A DNA stretch of 64,000 nucleotides from Candidatus Cloacimonadales bacterium. GTDB lineage: Bacteria > Cloacimonadota > Cloacimonadia > Cloacimonadales > JAFGVF01. Under the pieces are notes generated by a model. That model made no database searches and had not been told where the DNA came from. It saw only the letters and a program-made list of their open reading frames with translations. Both the position numbers and the translations under genes were made by a program. The stretch is taken from positions 2,560,001 to 2,624,000 of the forward strand of contig OY782781.1 in assembly GCA_963678315.1 (NCBI GenBank). The letters run 5' to 3'. The stretch's first letter is position 1, and each line of letters opens with the position of its first letter. Shown here piece after piece: positions 42,548-52,888 of this stretch.

Positions 42548-45500
42548 CTATCTAACCTTAAATGTTCTTATCTCAAAAGGCTTAAATTCTAGTTCAGTTG
42601 AATCAATAATATCATCTACTTCTTCAATCAGATTACATTCAGCTATTAGATATTCATGGCATCCTGGTATTACATCAGCTAAGTTTATTTTCCCTGCATA
42701 ACCTTGAGATTCATACAATCTAAGAATTAGACCTTTTCTATCTTCTGCAGGCTTAATAGTCTCTAGGACAATATGTTCAGAGTTACATTTAAAGAAGTTT
42801 CCACTGTGATCTTCTGGATAATCTTTAATACTCTCAACAATACTAGGAGAATTCAAAGCATGAGCCTCTTGTCTTACAATCTGATAGTTCTCAAGATGAG
42901 GAACATAGCCATAAGTAAACTTTTGTATTCCCACATCTGCCTTATTATCTGGGTATTGAGGAGCTCTTAACAGATTTAATTCTATGATATTATCATGAAT
43001 ACTGTAACCATATTTTGAATCGTTAATTATTCCTAATCCAAAATCATCTCTTCTAAGGTCAGCCCACCTTTGACCAGCAACCTCAAACTTTGCCATGTCC
43101 CAGGATGTGTTATAGTGAGTAGGACGCTCTAAAGCTCCATATTGAATCTCATAACAAGCTCTTCCTTGGCTTACAGCTGTCTCAGCATGTACTCTTAGCA
43201 TCTTATCTTTCTCTTGCCAATCTACTTCATTTTCTATAAGTATAGTTGGAGAGCCATAAACAAGGCTAATCTTTTGAGTAATTGTAGATTCTGATACCTT
43301 CAAATGTTGAGTAACTTCTATTACATCCTGATTAACATAAGATAGCTCTCTTTTAATCAATCTAGCTTGTTGAGGTTCCGTGTCTCTATAGAAGTGATTT
43401 ATGTCCCATGCCCCCCAGTTATTAGGTCTATCTTCCCAGAGAAGAAGTTTATTAGCTGGACCGTTCAAGAACTCTCTTTCACTTTCAAGCTCTATGATAG
43501 ATGATATTGTACCGTCCTCTGCGAACTCAACTCTAATTATGTCATTTTCTATAGTATTGACATTAGCTTCAGTATCAATGCTTTGAGTATAATCTACTTC
43601 TTCAATAGTAAAGCAATTATAACCAAATGATTTAACTGGAATTATCGTCCTCAAAAGCCCATTTTGAGCATTGATTGACCTCTTATCATGACCAATCTCA
43701 ACAGTGTAGTTATCACCTTTGACAGGAACTTCAACTAAGATATTTCTATCATGTGAAAGGCTATTAAATACAATATACTTATTACTATTTTCTTTAAGTT
43801 CTACGAATTCTGAGAGAATATCTTTTTCGATTAGTTTAAGTTTTTCTAAATTATCGGCAGACATTTTATAGGCATCTTTATAAACCCATGGTATTGAAGA
43901 ACCTGGTAATATATCATGGAACTGGTTAAGCAAAGTATTTTTCCAGATTTCATCCATTTTTTCTTTATCTAGAACCCCAAATATAGCCCCTAAGAATTCT
44001 ACATTACGTAGCTTTTGTTCCAGTTTACGGTTGAACATCTTCATTTTAGCTTGGGAAGTGTAAGTACCTCTATGAAACTCTAGATAAAGCTCTCCAACCC
44101 ATTTAGGTAACTTCTCTTTAGGAATTTCAGCTATCTTCTTAAAGAAATCATCTGCAAAAGCATATTTCACTTTAGGAACACCTTCTAAATTCTGCTGTCT
44201 AAGACCTAATTCAATCTGTTCTCTAGAAGGTCCTCCACCTCCATCACCGATGCCATATAAGTTCAAGAATTCATTTGAAACATCTGATTGAGCATATCTT
44301 TCTTCAGATTCAATAAACTGCTGTGGTAAATTACTTAAATTATAATCATTAGTAGGAAGGAAATGGGTTAATATCTCACTTCCATCAATGCCTTGCCAAT
44401 AGAATGTATGGTGTGGAAACTTGTTTGTTTCTGACCAAGATATCTTTTGCGTCATAAAAACGTCAATTCCACATTTAGTAAGGATTTGTGGTAAGGCTGC
44501 AGAATAACCAAATACATCTGGTAACCATAGATTACGTACATCTTGACCAAACTCCTCTTTAAAGAATCTTTTACCATAAAGACACTGTCTAACCAAAGAT
44601 TCTCCAGACGGGATATTCATATCTGGTTCACACCACATTCCACCTTGAAGTTCCCACCTGCCCTCATTCACTCTATTCTTAATCTCTTTATACAAATCAG
44701 GATAATCATTTTTCACCCATTCATACAATTGTGGTTGAGATGCACCAAACTTATAATCAGGATACTCTTCCATTAATCTCAACACAGTAGAGAAAGTTCT
44801 TCCACCTTTACGTCTGGTTTCCCTAACAGGCCATAACCAGGCTAAATCGATATGAGCATGTCCTATAGAATAGACTGTCATTGCACTTGCATTTGCAGGT
44901 TTTTCTAGAATTGGCTTGAGTAACTTCAGAGATTGCTCTTTTCCTTGACCACCTTGCCATACATCTATTGCTTGATTAACACCATAGATAATTTTCTTTC
45001 TTCTGACAGACTTTTCAGGCAATGCCTTAGCTAAATCTCTTAAGACTCTTGCATCATAATAAAGCTCTATCACCTTTGTATCAACAGTTACTATATCAGC
45101 CTGGATAAACCTATATCCTTCTTGTCCAGCTCCAAATAAGCCATTTGCACCTGTTTCCACCAATAAATCGATATCTTCATTACCATCAGATTTCTCAAAT
45201 AAAGGAACAAAGACTTTACCTGACATTAAATTCCAGTGAATTTTATTGGTTAAGCCAGCGTGAGGACTTCCATTCTTGAATAAGCATGCTTCAGATTCTG
45301 TATCAATCAAAGCCCCAACTTTCTTACCTGCAAACTCTTTAGGTATTTTTCCTTTAAACTTAAACCAAGCAGAACCCCATGGATTTCCCCACTCTTCTTT
45401 GGGTTTGATTGATTTAAATTCCCATTTATCAATTTCTTCAAAAGGAATTGGCTTCTCATCACAAGAAATATATTCAGCAGATAATTCAACATTGTTAGCA

Positions 45501-45568
45501 AAATGTAAGTTATAGAGTTCATCAACCCAACGATCAATTCTCTCTAAATAGATGTGTATGTTTCTCAT
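42548..45568 (-). CDS. GH38 alpha-mannosidase
   Basis: HAHIDLAWLWP, WLPDVFGYS, GELYLEFHRGT, NQFHDILPGS; no evident signal peptide. Confidence 0.95.
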   Translation of the reverse strand: MRNIHIYLERIDRWVDELYNLHFANNVELSAEYISCDEKPIPFEEIDKWEFKSIKPKEEWGNPWGSAWFKFKGKIPKEFAGKKVGALIDTESEACLFKNGSPHAGLTNKIHWNLMSGKVFVPLFEKSDGNEDIDLLVETGANGLFGAGQEGYRFIQADIVTVDTKVIELYYDARVLRDLAKALPEKSVRRKKIIYGVNQAIDVWQGGQGKEQSLKLLKPILEKPANASAMTVYSIGHAHIDLAWLWPVRETRRKGGRTFSTVLRLMEEYPDYKFGASQPQLYEWVKNDYPDLYKEIKNRVNEGRWELQGGMWCEPDMNIPSGESLVRQCLYGKRFFKEEFGQDVRNLWLPDVFGYSAALPQILTKCGIDVFMTQKISWSETNKFPHHTFYWQGIDGSEILTHFLPTNDYNLSNLPQQFIESEERYAQSDVSNEFLNLYGIGDGGGGPSREQIELGLRQQNLEGVPKVKYAFADDFFKKIAEIPKEKLPKWVGELYLEFHRGTYTSQAKMKMFNRKLEQKLRNVEFLGAIFGVLDKEKMDEIWKNTLLNQFHDILPGSSIPWVYKDAYKMSADNLEKLKLIEKDILSEFVELKENSNKYIVFNSLSHDRNILVEVPVKGDNYTVEIGHDKRSINAQNGLLRTIIPVKSFGYNCFTIEEVDYTQSIDTEANVNTIENDIIRVEFAEDGTISSIIELESEREFLNGPANKLLLWEDRPNNWGAWDINHFYRDTEPQQARLIKRELSYVNQDVIEVTQHLKVSESTITQKISLVYGSPTILIENEVDWQEKDKMLRVHAETAVSQGRACYEIQYGALERPTHYNTSWDMAKFEVAGQRWADLRRDDFGLGIINDSKYGYSIHDNIIELNLLRAPQYPDNKADVGIQKFTYGYVPHLENYQIVRQEAHALNSPSIVESIKDYPEDHSGNFFKCNSEHIVLETIKPAEDRKGLILRLYESQGYAGKINLADVIPGCHEYLIAECNLIEEVDDIIDSTELEFKPFEIRTFKVR

Positions 45569-45598
45569 ATTTTATCCTTATTATAATATTTTATATTC

Positions 45599-47461
45599 TT
45601 ATTTTTCTGTAGGAACCACAATTCCTCTTATAATAATGTTTTGGAAGAAGATAAACACAAGAAGTGTTGGTATGGATGCAATTACCAATGCTGCATAGCC
45701 AACCCCTAATGAAGATCTTTGCATTAATTGATAGATATGAACCATCATAGTCCACATATTTCTATCCTGACATACAATAAAGGCAAACATAAAGTTTCTG
45801 TAAGCTGCATTAAAAGCATTTAGAGCTATAACTGCCATGATAGGTTTTGATAACTGCATGGCAATATTCCAGAAAACTCTTACTTCCCCTGCCCCATCAA
45901 TAGTAGCTGATTCAAATAATTCTTTAGGTAATGAATCAAAGAAACCTTTCAAAAGGAATATAAAGTAACCATCAGCCATAGCAGGTAGTATTAGTGCCCA
46001 GAATGTATTCAAAAGACTGAATTTTTTAAGTAACAAGAAATTAGGTATACCCATAACCATTGGAGGGAATGCCATAGTTAACATCAAGAAAAGCAATATT
46101 TTGTAAGTAGCCCTCAGTTTAAATCTACTCATAGCATAGGCTGCTAAAGGATTAACTATCAAAGCTGTTATAATAGCTAAGAGAACATAGAATATTGTAT
46201 TATAGACAGCTCTACCTGATAAGAGCATGGTATCCAAAACTTTTATATAGTTACGTTTTACCATTTCCCAGAATATCTCAGATTTGTTTTGTAAAAAATA
46301 ACCATAGCTTAGGGCTTGATAATTTACAGTAACATCATTAAAAGATTCAAAATTGCTTGCAAACTTATCATTATATTCACCAATATTTTTATACTTAGAA
46401 GCCAAATAATCCCTATATCTCCATTCGACTGTATCTAAATAAAGATAGTTTGAATCAACTATTGTTTCAATAAAGAATTGGTAATCTATCTTTCTTGCTC
46501 CTCTAATATCGTATTTATTAGGAAAGTTTATTTCTTCAAATGAAGCATAAGATGATTTATAGGTTTTGTTTAGTAAATCTATAGAATCAGCATATTTTTC
46601 TTTCAACATTTCTTGATATTTTGGTGTTTGACTTTCATCAATAGCCAACTGAGAGATATTAACCAAGTTTTTACAATAATAATCCCAATATTCTGCCAAT
46701 TTACCTTCTGGTTTTCTTCTAGGTATTACAAATTCATCCAGACTACGATAATCTTTTTCAAGAGCTTCATTAATTTTACTTATATCACTCCCAACTTCTT
46801 GAATTACTGTATTCTGTAAGAAGTGTCCATCTACAGAAGGATAAACTCTCTCCCTATATGCTAAACCTTTCTTGAAATCTTGATACTCATCTGTTAGCTT
46901 GTTGGATTCTATTGTAAAAGATCTCAAAAGAATTTTCTCTTCTCTTAATTGGACTTGCTCCCAGTATATTATCTCAGTATCATACTTTTCGTTTAGAATG
47001 TCTAAATCTGACTTAGATTTCTTTTTCACCAAGCTTCTAAAAGCCCTTTCATTCTTTGGATAAAGACCTCTGGAATATTGTTCAGCGATAAAGTAATCAT
47101 AAGAATTTTCACTACTATTATGAAGGAATTCTTCCCATAAATCCTTGTAGCCAGGTAAATCTTCGGTAACATTAACATCTCTAAATGAGAAATATTCTGA
47201 TTTAAACTGTTCAACTAGTGTTGTAGATTCTTCATTATATTTGCTTGCAATATACTTCTTATATAAGATATTATCATCAAAGAAGAACTTAGGATAAACT
47301 GAGTAGTTATTAGAGTCTACTGAAGAGCTAAAAGATGCGGTTATCATCATCATAAAAGGATAAATCATGGTTATAGCACCTAGAATAAGCACTAAGTGAA
47401 TTGAAGAATTAAGGATTCTTACTTTTGCAGACTTTCTTCCAACTTTTCCTATAATCGGCAT
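45599..47461 (-). CDS. carbohydrate ABC permease (MalG-type) with large repetitive periplasmic domain
   Basis: N-terminal TM, ~350 aa soluble insert, AAYAMSRF, ELFESATIDGA. Confidence 0.88.
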   Translation of the reverse strand: MPIIGKVGRKSAKVRILNSSIHLVLILGAITMIYPFMMMITASFSSSVDSNNYSVYPKFFFDDNILYKKYIASKYNEESTTLVEQFKSEYFSFRDVNVTEDLPGYKDLWEEFLHNSSENSYDYFIAEQYSRGLYPKNERAFRSLVKKKSKSDLDILNEKYDTEIIYWEQVQLREEKILLRSFTIESNKLTDEYQDFKKGLAYRERVYPSVDGHFLQNTVIQEVGSDISKINEALEKDYRSLDEFVIPRRKPEGKLAEYWDYYCKNLVNISQLAIDESQTPKYQEMLKEKYADSIDLLNKTYKSSYASFEEINFPNKYDIRGARKIDYQFFIETIVDSNYLYLDTVEWRYRDYLASKYKNIGEYNDKFASNFESFNDVTVNYQALSYGYFLQNKSEIFWEMVKRNYIKVLDTMLLSGRAVYNTIFYVLLAIITALIVNPLAAYAMSRFKLRATYKILLFLMLTMAFPPMVMGIPNFLLLKKFSLLNTFWALILPAMADGYFIFLLKGFFDSLPKELFESATIDGAGEVRVFWNIAMQLSKPIMAVIALNAFNAAYRNFMFAFIVCQDRNMWTMMVHIYQLMQRSSLGVGYAALVIASIPTLLVFIFFQNIIIRGIVVPTEK

Positions 47462-47472
47462 AATATTCCTCC

Positions 47473-49938
47473 TTAATTATCCTTCTTAGCTGAATCAGCA
47501 GTTCTAAATTCCATTCGTGATAATCTCCTTAACTGGAAGACTGTGAAGCCCATCATCATGAATCCTAGCATCCATGCCATAGCTGTGGCAACTCCGAAGT
47601 TAAGATATAAATATGCTCTTTCAAAAATCAATAAATCTGCTACTTTAGTAGCTTCATTAGGACCACCAAAAGTCATTACCAAGATAAAACCACTTTGTTG
47701 AGCTGAAGCGATAAAAGCAGCTATAAACTGAATAATTATCAGAGCCTTCATACTCGGAAATACTATATGTCTAATCTTACTAAAGAAGCCTGCTCCATCA
47801 ATATCAGCCGCTTCGTATAAATCATCTGGAATACCTTTCAAGGCTGCTAAATAGATTAGACAACCCGGTCCTACCCCTGCCCAAATCTGCGGTAAGATTA
47901 CTAGTAACATAGCCAAACCTTCATCCTGAAGCCATCTGCTCTTTGGTAAACCTAAGGAGAGCAATATTTGATTTAAAGCCCCAGCATCACTTGGGTCGTA
48001 AAGAAGCTTCCATAAATATACTACAATAACACCACTTACAATGGCTGGTAAATAATAAATAACTCTATAAATTAATTTCCCTTTTGATACTTCTTGTAAG
48101 AGAATAGCAAGTATTATTGGAGGGAAAAAACCTAATGATAATGAAAGAAGCATGTAATATAATGTCTTCCCGATTGCCTTCCACCAAATAGGATCATAGA
48201 GAACATCAGCAAAATTTGAAAGCCCTACCCATTCGGAATTACCCACTAAGGAATAATCTTGGAATGCCATTAATGAACCCATTATCATTGGTATATACTT
48301 CCACATTAAGATAGATAATAGTGCTGGTAAAAGCATTAGCCAAGCAAGCAGATTCCTTCGCTTAGCTGATTTGCTCGAGAAATAAATGTCTTTAGGTGTA
48401 AATATTTGCCAAACCCGATAGAGAATAATTAAGAAAGCAGAAAAAACTATAACTGCTACTACTGCAGCTGTCCTATTTCTTTTTGCTCTTTCATCTGGCG
48501 TTATTTTACCTAACATCTTTTGATTTGTTCTCTTGACAGCATTCTTTAAAATCTGACTTATATTCTCTCTACGCTCAACTTCTGTAGATCCTAAATTTCC
48601 TTCTTCGGCTAATGATATGCATCGATTCAAAGGATAAGTCATATATTCATATACTTTTTGAGTATTTTTACCATAGGGCTCAGGTTTACCATTCTCAAGT
48701 GCTTCTTCAAATGTTTCTATCCAACCCTCAGGAACATATCTTAGATACTCATCATAACCATATCTTTCCAACAAAATTGGATTTAGCATCTTGCCATAAC
48801 CAGCATCTATCATTACTTTAGTTCGTATCTGCCTTGCTTCTTCACTATCATAAAACCAGATATAGTTCCAGGCAGCTTGTCTCACTTTTTCTGGATCTCT
48901 TTCACCCAATGAACCATTATTTGAAATTCCTGCCCCAGAAAAGATACCCATCATCCTACAATTTAATTCAGAACCTCTTATTCCTGTTGGGCCTAATGGT
49001 ACCGGAGCTACTCCGTAAAGGTTTGGATCAAGTGTCTTACCCAGACTCTTGTCATCCATATAGTCGATACGCATACCTATCTTACCATCAGACCACCTAA
49101 AGCCCCAATCTCCAGTATCATCAATGTAGCCAACTTGAGTGTTTCCTTCTACATCTTGCCACTTTTCCGTCTTCAACTTTACAAAGAAATCCATAGCTGT
49201 TACAGCAGCTTCATCATCAAAAGAAGCATACCATTCTCCAGTTTCAGGATTTTGTCTAACTGCTTCTCCACCAGCACTCCATAGATATGTAATCCAATCC
49301 CATGCTGCTTGTGGTCCCCCTGCAACAGTTAATCCAGATGTCCCCTCTTGTGGGTTTGTTATCTTCTTGGCATAGTGATATAATTCATTCCAATCTCTAG
49401 GACCTCTATTAGGGTCTAAGCCAGCTTTCTGAAATAAATCTTTACGATATAACAAAACCCTGACCAATGTTTCGTAAGGCATACACCAATAATGGTCTTC
49501 ATTATCGCCAGTCTTCTTTCTTTTTATTACAGGCATAACAGGAGCAGAAACTCTATAATTCATATTTTGTTCAGATTCTCCTGCTACAAACTCATCTAAA
49601 GGATACAAAAATCCTTTTTCTATATAAGTTGCTGATTGTCTGAAGTTTACATAAATAATATCAGGTGATACTCCACCAGCTATAGCCATAAGAGGACCAG
49701 CATCCAAGTCCATGTTCTCAATCTGAATACCCGAAAATGATTGCAATTCTATATTAGGAAATTTCTTTTTGAATGCTTCAATTACTGCTCGATCAGCTTT
49801 AGCAAATGCATCTGCACTCTTAGGGTCTGGCAAATCAAAGACCTTTAGAATAGTTTTTTCATGCTCTGCATTTAATAATCCTACAATACTTAATATAATT
49901 AACAATAAAAAGATTTTAATTGATTTGTTTAAAGCCAT
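47473..49938 (-). CDS. extracellular solute-binding protein fused to a MalF-type permease
   Basis: Signal peptide, SBP motifs (PDIIY, LYRKDLFQKAGLDP, PRDWNE), then TMs with DLYEAADIDGA. Confidence 0.88.
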   Translation of the reverse strand: MALNKSIKIFLLLIILSIVGLLNAEHEKTILKVFDLPDPKSADAFAKADRAVIEAFKKKFPNIELQSFSGIQIENMDLDAGPLMAIAGGVSPDIIYVNFRQSATYIEKGFLYPLDEFVAGESEQNMNYRVSAPVMPVIKRKKTGDNEDHYWCMPYETLVRVLLYRKDLFQKAGLDPNRGPRDWNELYHYAKKITNPQEGTSGLTVAGGPQAAWDWITYLWSAGGEAVRQNPETGEWYASFDDEAAVTAMDFFVKLKTEKWQDVEGNTQVGYIDDTGDWGFRWSDGKIGMRIDYMDDKSLGKTLDPNLYGVAPVPLGPTGIRGSELNCRMMGIFSGAGISNNGSLGERDPEKVRQAAWNYIWFYDSEEARQIRTKVMIDAGYGKMLNPILLERYGYDEYLRYVPEGWIETFEEALENGKPEPYGKNTQKVYEYMTYPLNRCISLAEEGNLGSTEVERRENISQILKNAVKRTNQKMLGKITPDERAKRNRTAAVVAVIVFSAFLIILYRVWQIFTPKDIYFSSKSAKRRNLLAWLMLLPALLSILMWKYIPMIMGSLMAFQDYSLVGNSEWVGLSNFADVLYDPIWWKAIGKTLYYMLLSLSLGFFPPIILAILLQEVSKGKLIYRVIYYLPAIVSGVIVVYLWKLLYDPSDAGALNQILLSLGLPKSRWLQDEGLAMLLVILPQIWAGVGPGCLIYLAALKGIPDDLYEAADIDGAGFFSKIRHIVFPSMKALIIIQFIAAFIASAQQSGFILVMTFGGPNEATKVADLLIFERAYLYLNFGVATAMAWMLGFMMMGFTVFQLRRLSRMEFRTADSAKKDN

Positions 49939-50039
49939 TTAAACCTCATGATGATGTTGATAAATATAAATTATGCAAGATATATACCAGCAAGTAGATT
50001 GTTTGGGATAAGGCAATATTCTTTGTCTTTATTTACACC

Positions 50040-50756
50040 CCTTCACTCACGATTGAAATCATGGGCTCTGAGGGAGATGTCCTTTTAGGGCAATCCCCTT
50101 GAGACGTTCTGCCGAACGTCTCTACTCTGGGATTGTAGCCATCCCTGGCTACGAAAAAAACACTTTACTTCGCGTAAGCATTAACTATGTTCAAACTATC
50201 GGTGGATGCTTACGTAATATTTATCCCGAAGGGATTGATTATCCAAAGCCTAGGTTTTCAAACCTAGGTTAGATTATAGTAACTTTGTTGCTAGTGCTGA
50301 AAGTACTTATCTTTTTAATGAGTTATCTTTAGAAGTCCCTTCAGGAATATAATCTACTGTTTGATCTTATTACCCATGATTGAAATCATGGGCTTTGAAT
50401 AATTTACCCCTCTGGGGTATTTATGGATGTATAGCCCTAAATAATGTGGTTGTTTTTTCGTGTTATTCGTGCTTTTCGTAGTAATCTTCTCTGTTTGCAG
50501 ATAAAGCTTAGCCTTTATGTCGCCCTTTCAGGGCTTTTTTTATTTTTTAACTATTACATGGAGGGCAAGCCTCCATGCTTAGTATATGCCACCCCTTCGG
50601 GGTTACAAGTTTAATTCTTAATTCTACATTATCAATTCTTTGCCGGCTAGCAGCCGAGCGTTCCCAGTAACTCCCCACTCCTAACTCCTAACTCCTCACT
50701 CCTAGCTTACTGGTCTCCTTGAAAAAAAGCTGATTTTTCAATGAGGCAAGTAAGGG
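50040..50756. repeat. mosaic of palindromic repeat modules (BIME-like)
   Basis: Inverted copies of array modules (50127-50214) and of 63470-63639 (50436-50604); direct relatives of the 7.5-7.7 kb modules; inverted pair at 50224-50418. Confidence 0.88.
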
Positions 50757-50777
50757 TGGCCATATCAAGCTTAAACA

Positions 50778-50810
50778 AAACAAGCTTCGATAAAATATCG
50801 AAGCTTGTTT
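50778..50810 (-). terminator. Rho-independent terminator after glnS
   Basis: AAACAAGCTTCGATA...TATCGAAGCTTGTTT perfect stem. Confidence 0.75.
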
Positions 50811-50827
50811 ATTTATATAGTTTTGAG

Positions 50828-52540
50828 TTATTTCTTTTTATTCTTTATTTTCTTCCAAGCATCTTTAAGAGTTACTGTTCTGTTAAACACAGGTTTTTCT
50901 TTTGTAGAGTACTTAGAATCTAGGATAAAGTATCCAATTCTTTCAAATTGATAGTTTACACCAGATTTTGCATTAGCAAGTTCAGGTTCCACAAAGCAAT
51001 TTGTTTTAATTTCAAGAGAATCAGGATTTAAGAAATCAATAAATGTTTTTCCTTCTACTTTCTTGTTAGGGTTTTCTTCTGAGAACAGATTATTTAGCAT
51101 TCTTACTTCAACTTGTTTAGCATGTTGAGCAGAAACCCAGTGCATTGTTGCTTTTACTTTTCTACCATCAGGAGCATTACCACCTTTGGTCTCAGGGTCA
51201 TAAGTACAATGAACTTCAATAATTTCACCATTCTCATCTTTAACAATATCGTGACATTTAATAAAATATGCGTATCTAAGTCTAACTTCACGACCTTGAG
51301 ATAATCTGAAGAATTTACGAGGAGCATCTTCCATAAAGTCATCTCTTTCGATGTATAATTCTTTTGAGAATGGAACTTTTCTTGTACCATCTTCTGGATT
51401 TTCAGGATTATTGACAGCATCAAGCCATTCATCTTGTCCTTCAGGATAATTAGTAATTACCACCTTCAAAGGATTGATTACTCCCATCATTCTGAGAGAG
51501 CTTTTATTTAGTACTTGTCTTACATGGTATTCTAAAAGAGCTAATTCTACAGTAGAATTTCTTTTAGCTAAGCCAACAGCTTCACAAAAGTTTCTAATAG
51601 CCTCTGCTGGATAGCCTTTTCTTCTTAGACCACATAGAGTAGGCATTCTAGGATCATCCCAACCATCAACTAATCCTTTTTCTACTAGTTCTTTTAACTT
51701 ACGTTTACTAGTAACAGTGTGAGTAAGCTCTAACCTAGCAAATTCAATTTGTTGTGGATGATAGATATCTAAAGCATCTAAGAACCAATCATAAAGAGCT
51801 CTATTATTTTGGAATTCTAAAGTACAAAGAGAGTGAGTTATCTTTTCAATAGAATCTTCTAAACAATGAGCAAAATCATACATTGGATAAATATGCCATT
51901 TATCACCAGTTTGATGATGACTAGCATTCTTGATTCTGTATATCAAAGGATCTCTCATTTTCATATTAGAGTGAGCCATGTCAATCTTAGCTCTTAAAGT
52001 GTAAGCACCATCTTCAAATTCACCATTTTTCATTCTTTCAAGAAGGTCTAAACTCTCTTCTATAGGTCTTTCACGATCAGGTGAAGGCTTTCCTGCTTCT
52101 TTAACAGTTCCTCTGTATTCTCTAATATCGTCCAAAGATAAAGAACATACATAGGCAAGCCCTTTCTTAATTAGTTGCTGTGCATATTGGTAGATCTTCT
52201 CAAAATACATGGAAGCATAGTATAAACGATCATCCCAACTGTAACCTAACCACTTGATATCTTCTTGAATAGAATCAACATATTCAATATCTTCAGTAAC
52301 AGGATTAGTATCATCAAATCTAAGATTTGTTAAACCATTATACTCTTTTGCAATACCAAAATCTACACAAATAGCTTTGGCATGCCCAATATGTAAGTAA
52401 CCATTTGGTTCAGGAGGAAATCTTGTATGTACTCTTCCATCATACTTACCAGACTCATTATCTTTGTCTATGATTTGTCTGATAAAATCTCTTGGTTCTG
52501 TTTTAACTTCTTCATCAACTACAAGATTCTTATTTTCCAT
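50828..52540 (-). CDS. glnS: glutamine--tRNA ligase
   Basis: [34 protein letters not shown]. Confidence 0.97.
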   Translation of the reverse strand: MENKNLVVDEEVKTEPRDFIRQIIDKDNESGKYDGRVHTRFPPEPNGYLHIGHAKAICVDFGIAKEYNGLTNLRFDDTNPVTEDIEYVDSIQEDIKWLGYSWDDRLYYASMYFEKIYQYAQQLIKKGLAYVCSLSLDDIREYRGTVKEAGKPSPDRERPIEESLDLLERMKNGEFEDGAYTLRAKIDMAHSNMKMRDPLIYRIKNASHHQTGDKWHIYPMYDFAHCLEDSIEKITHSLCTLEFQNNRALYDWFLDALDIYHPQQIEFARLELTHTVTSKRKLKELVEKGLVDGWDDPRMPTLCGLRRKGYPAEAIRNFCEAVGLAKRNSTVELALLEYHVRQVLNKSSLRMMGVINPLKVVITNYPEGQDEWLDAVNNPENPEDGTRKVPFSKELYIERDDFMEDAPRKFFRLSQGREVRLRYAYFIKCHDIVKDENGEIIEVHCTYDPETKGGNAPDGRKVKATMHWVSAQHAKQVEVRMLNNLFSEENPNKKVEGKTFIDFLNPDSLEIKTNCFVEPELANAKSGVNYQFERIGYFILDSKYSTKEKPVFNRTVTLKDAWKKIKNKKK

Positions 52541-52624
52541 GTTTTCCTCATAAAATATTTGTTTTTAACAGTAAATTTTTAGTAATTTATTAGTCAAGCA
52601 GTATTTTGTTTGTGCTTGTAGAAC

Positions 52625-52653
52625 AAAAAAAAGAAGGTCAAAGTTGACCTTCT
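52625..52653 (-). terminator. Rho-independent terminator downstream of clpX
   Basis: AGAAGGTCAA-CT-TTGACCTTCT followed by a T run on the minus strand. Confidence 0.8.
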
Positions 52654-52888
52654 AATAATCTTGATAAAATCAATACACTTTGTTTTTGCTTTATTTTTTC
52701 AAAAATAAATCGATAATAGGTTAGTTAAATCTTTAGTCGAAGACGTATTGTAATACTTCGAGTGCTAAAGATTTAGCTAAGATATATCGAATCTCATAAA
52801 TTCAAGATATTTATCTTTGACAATAAACAATTCAACAAAAGTCTGAAAGAGTCTAAATTAACCTTTTAAACTCAATATATTGCAGAAA

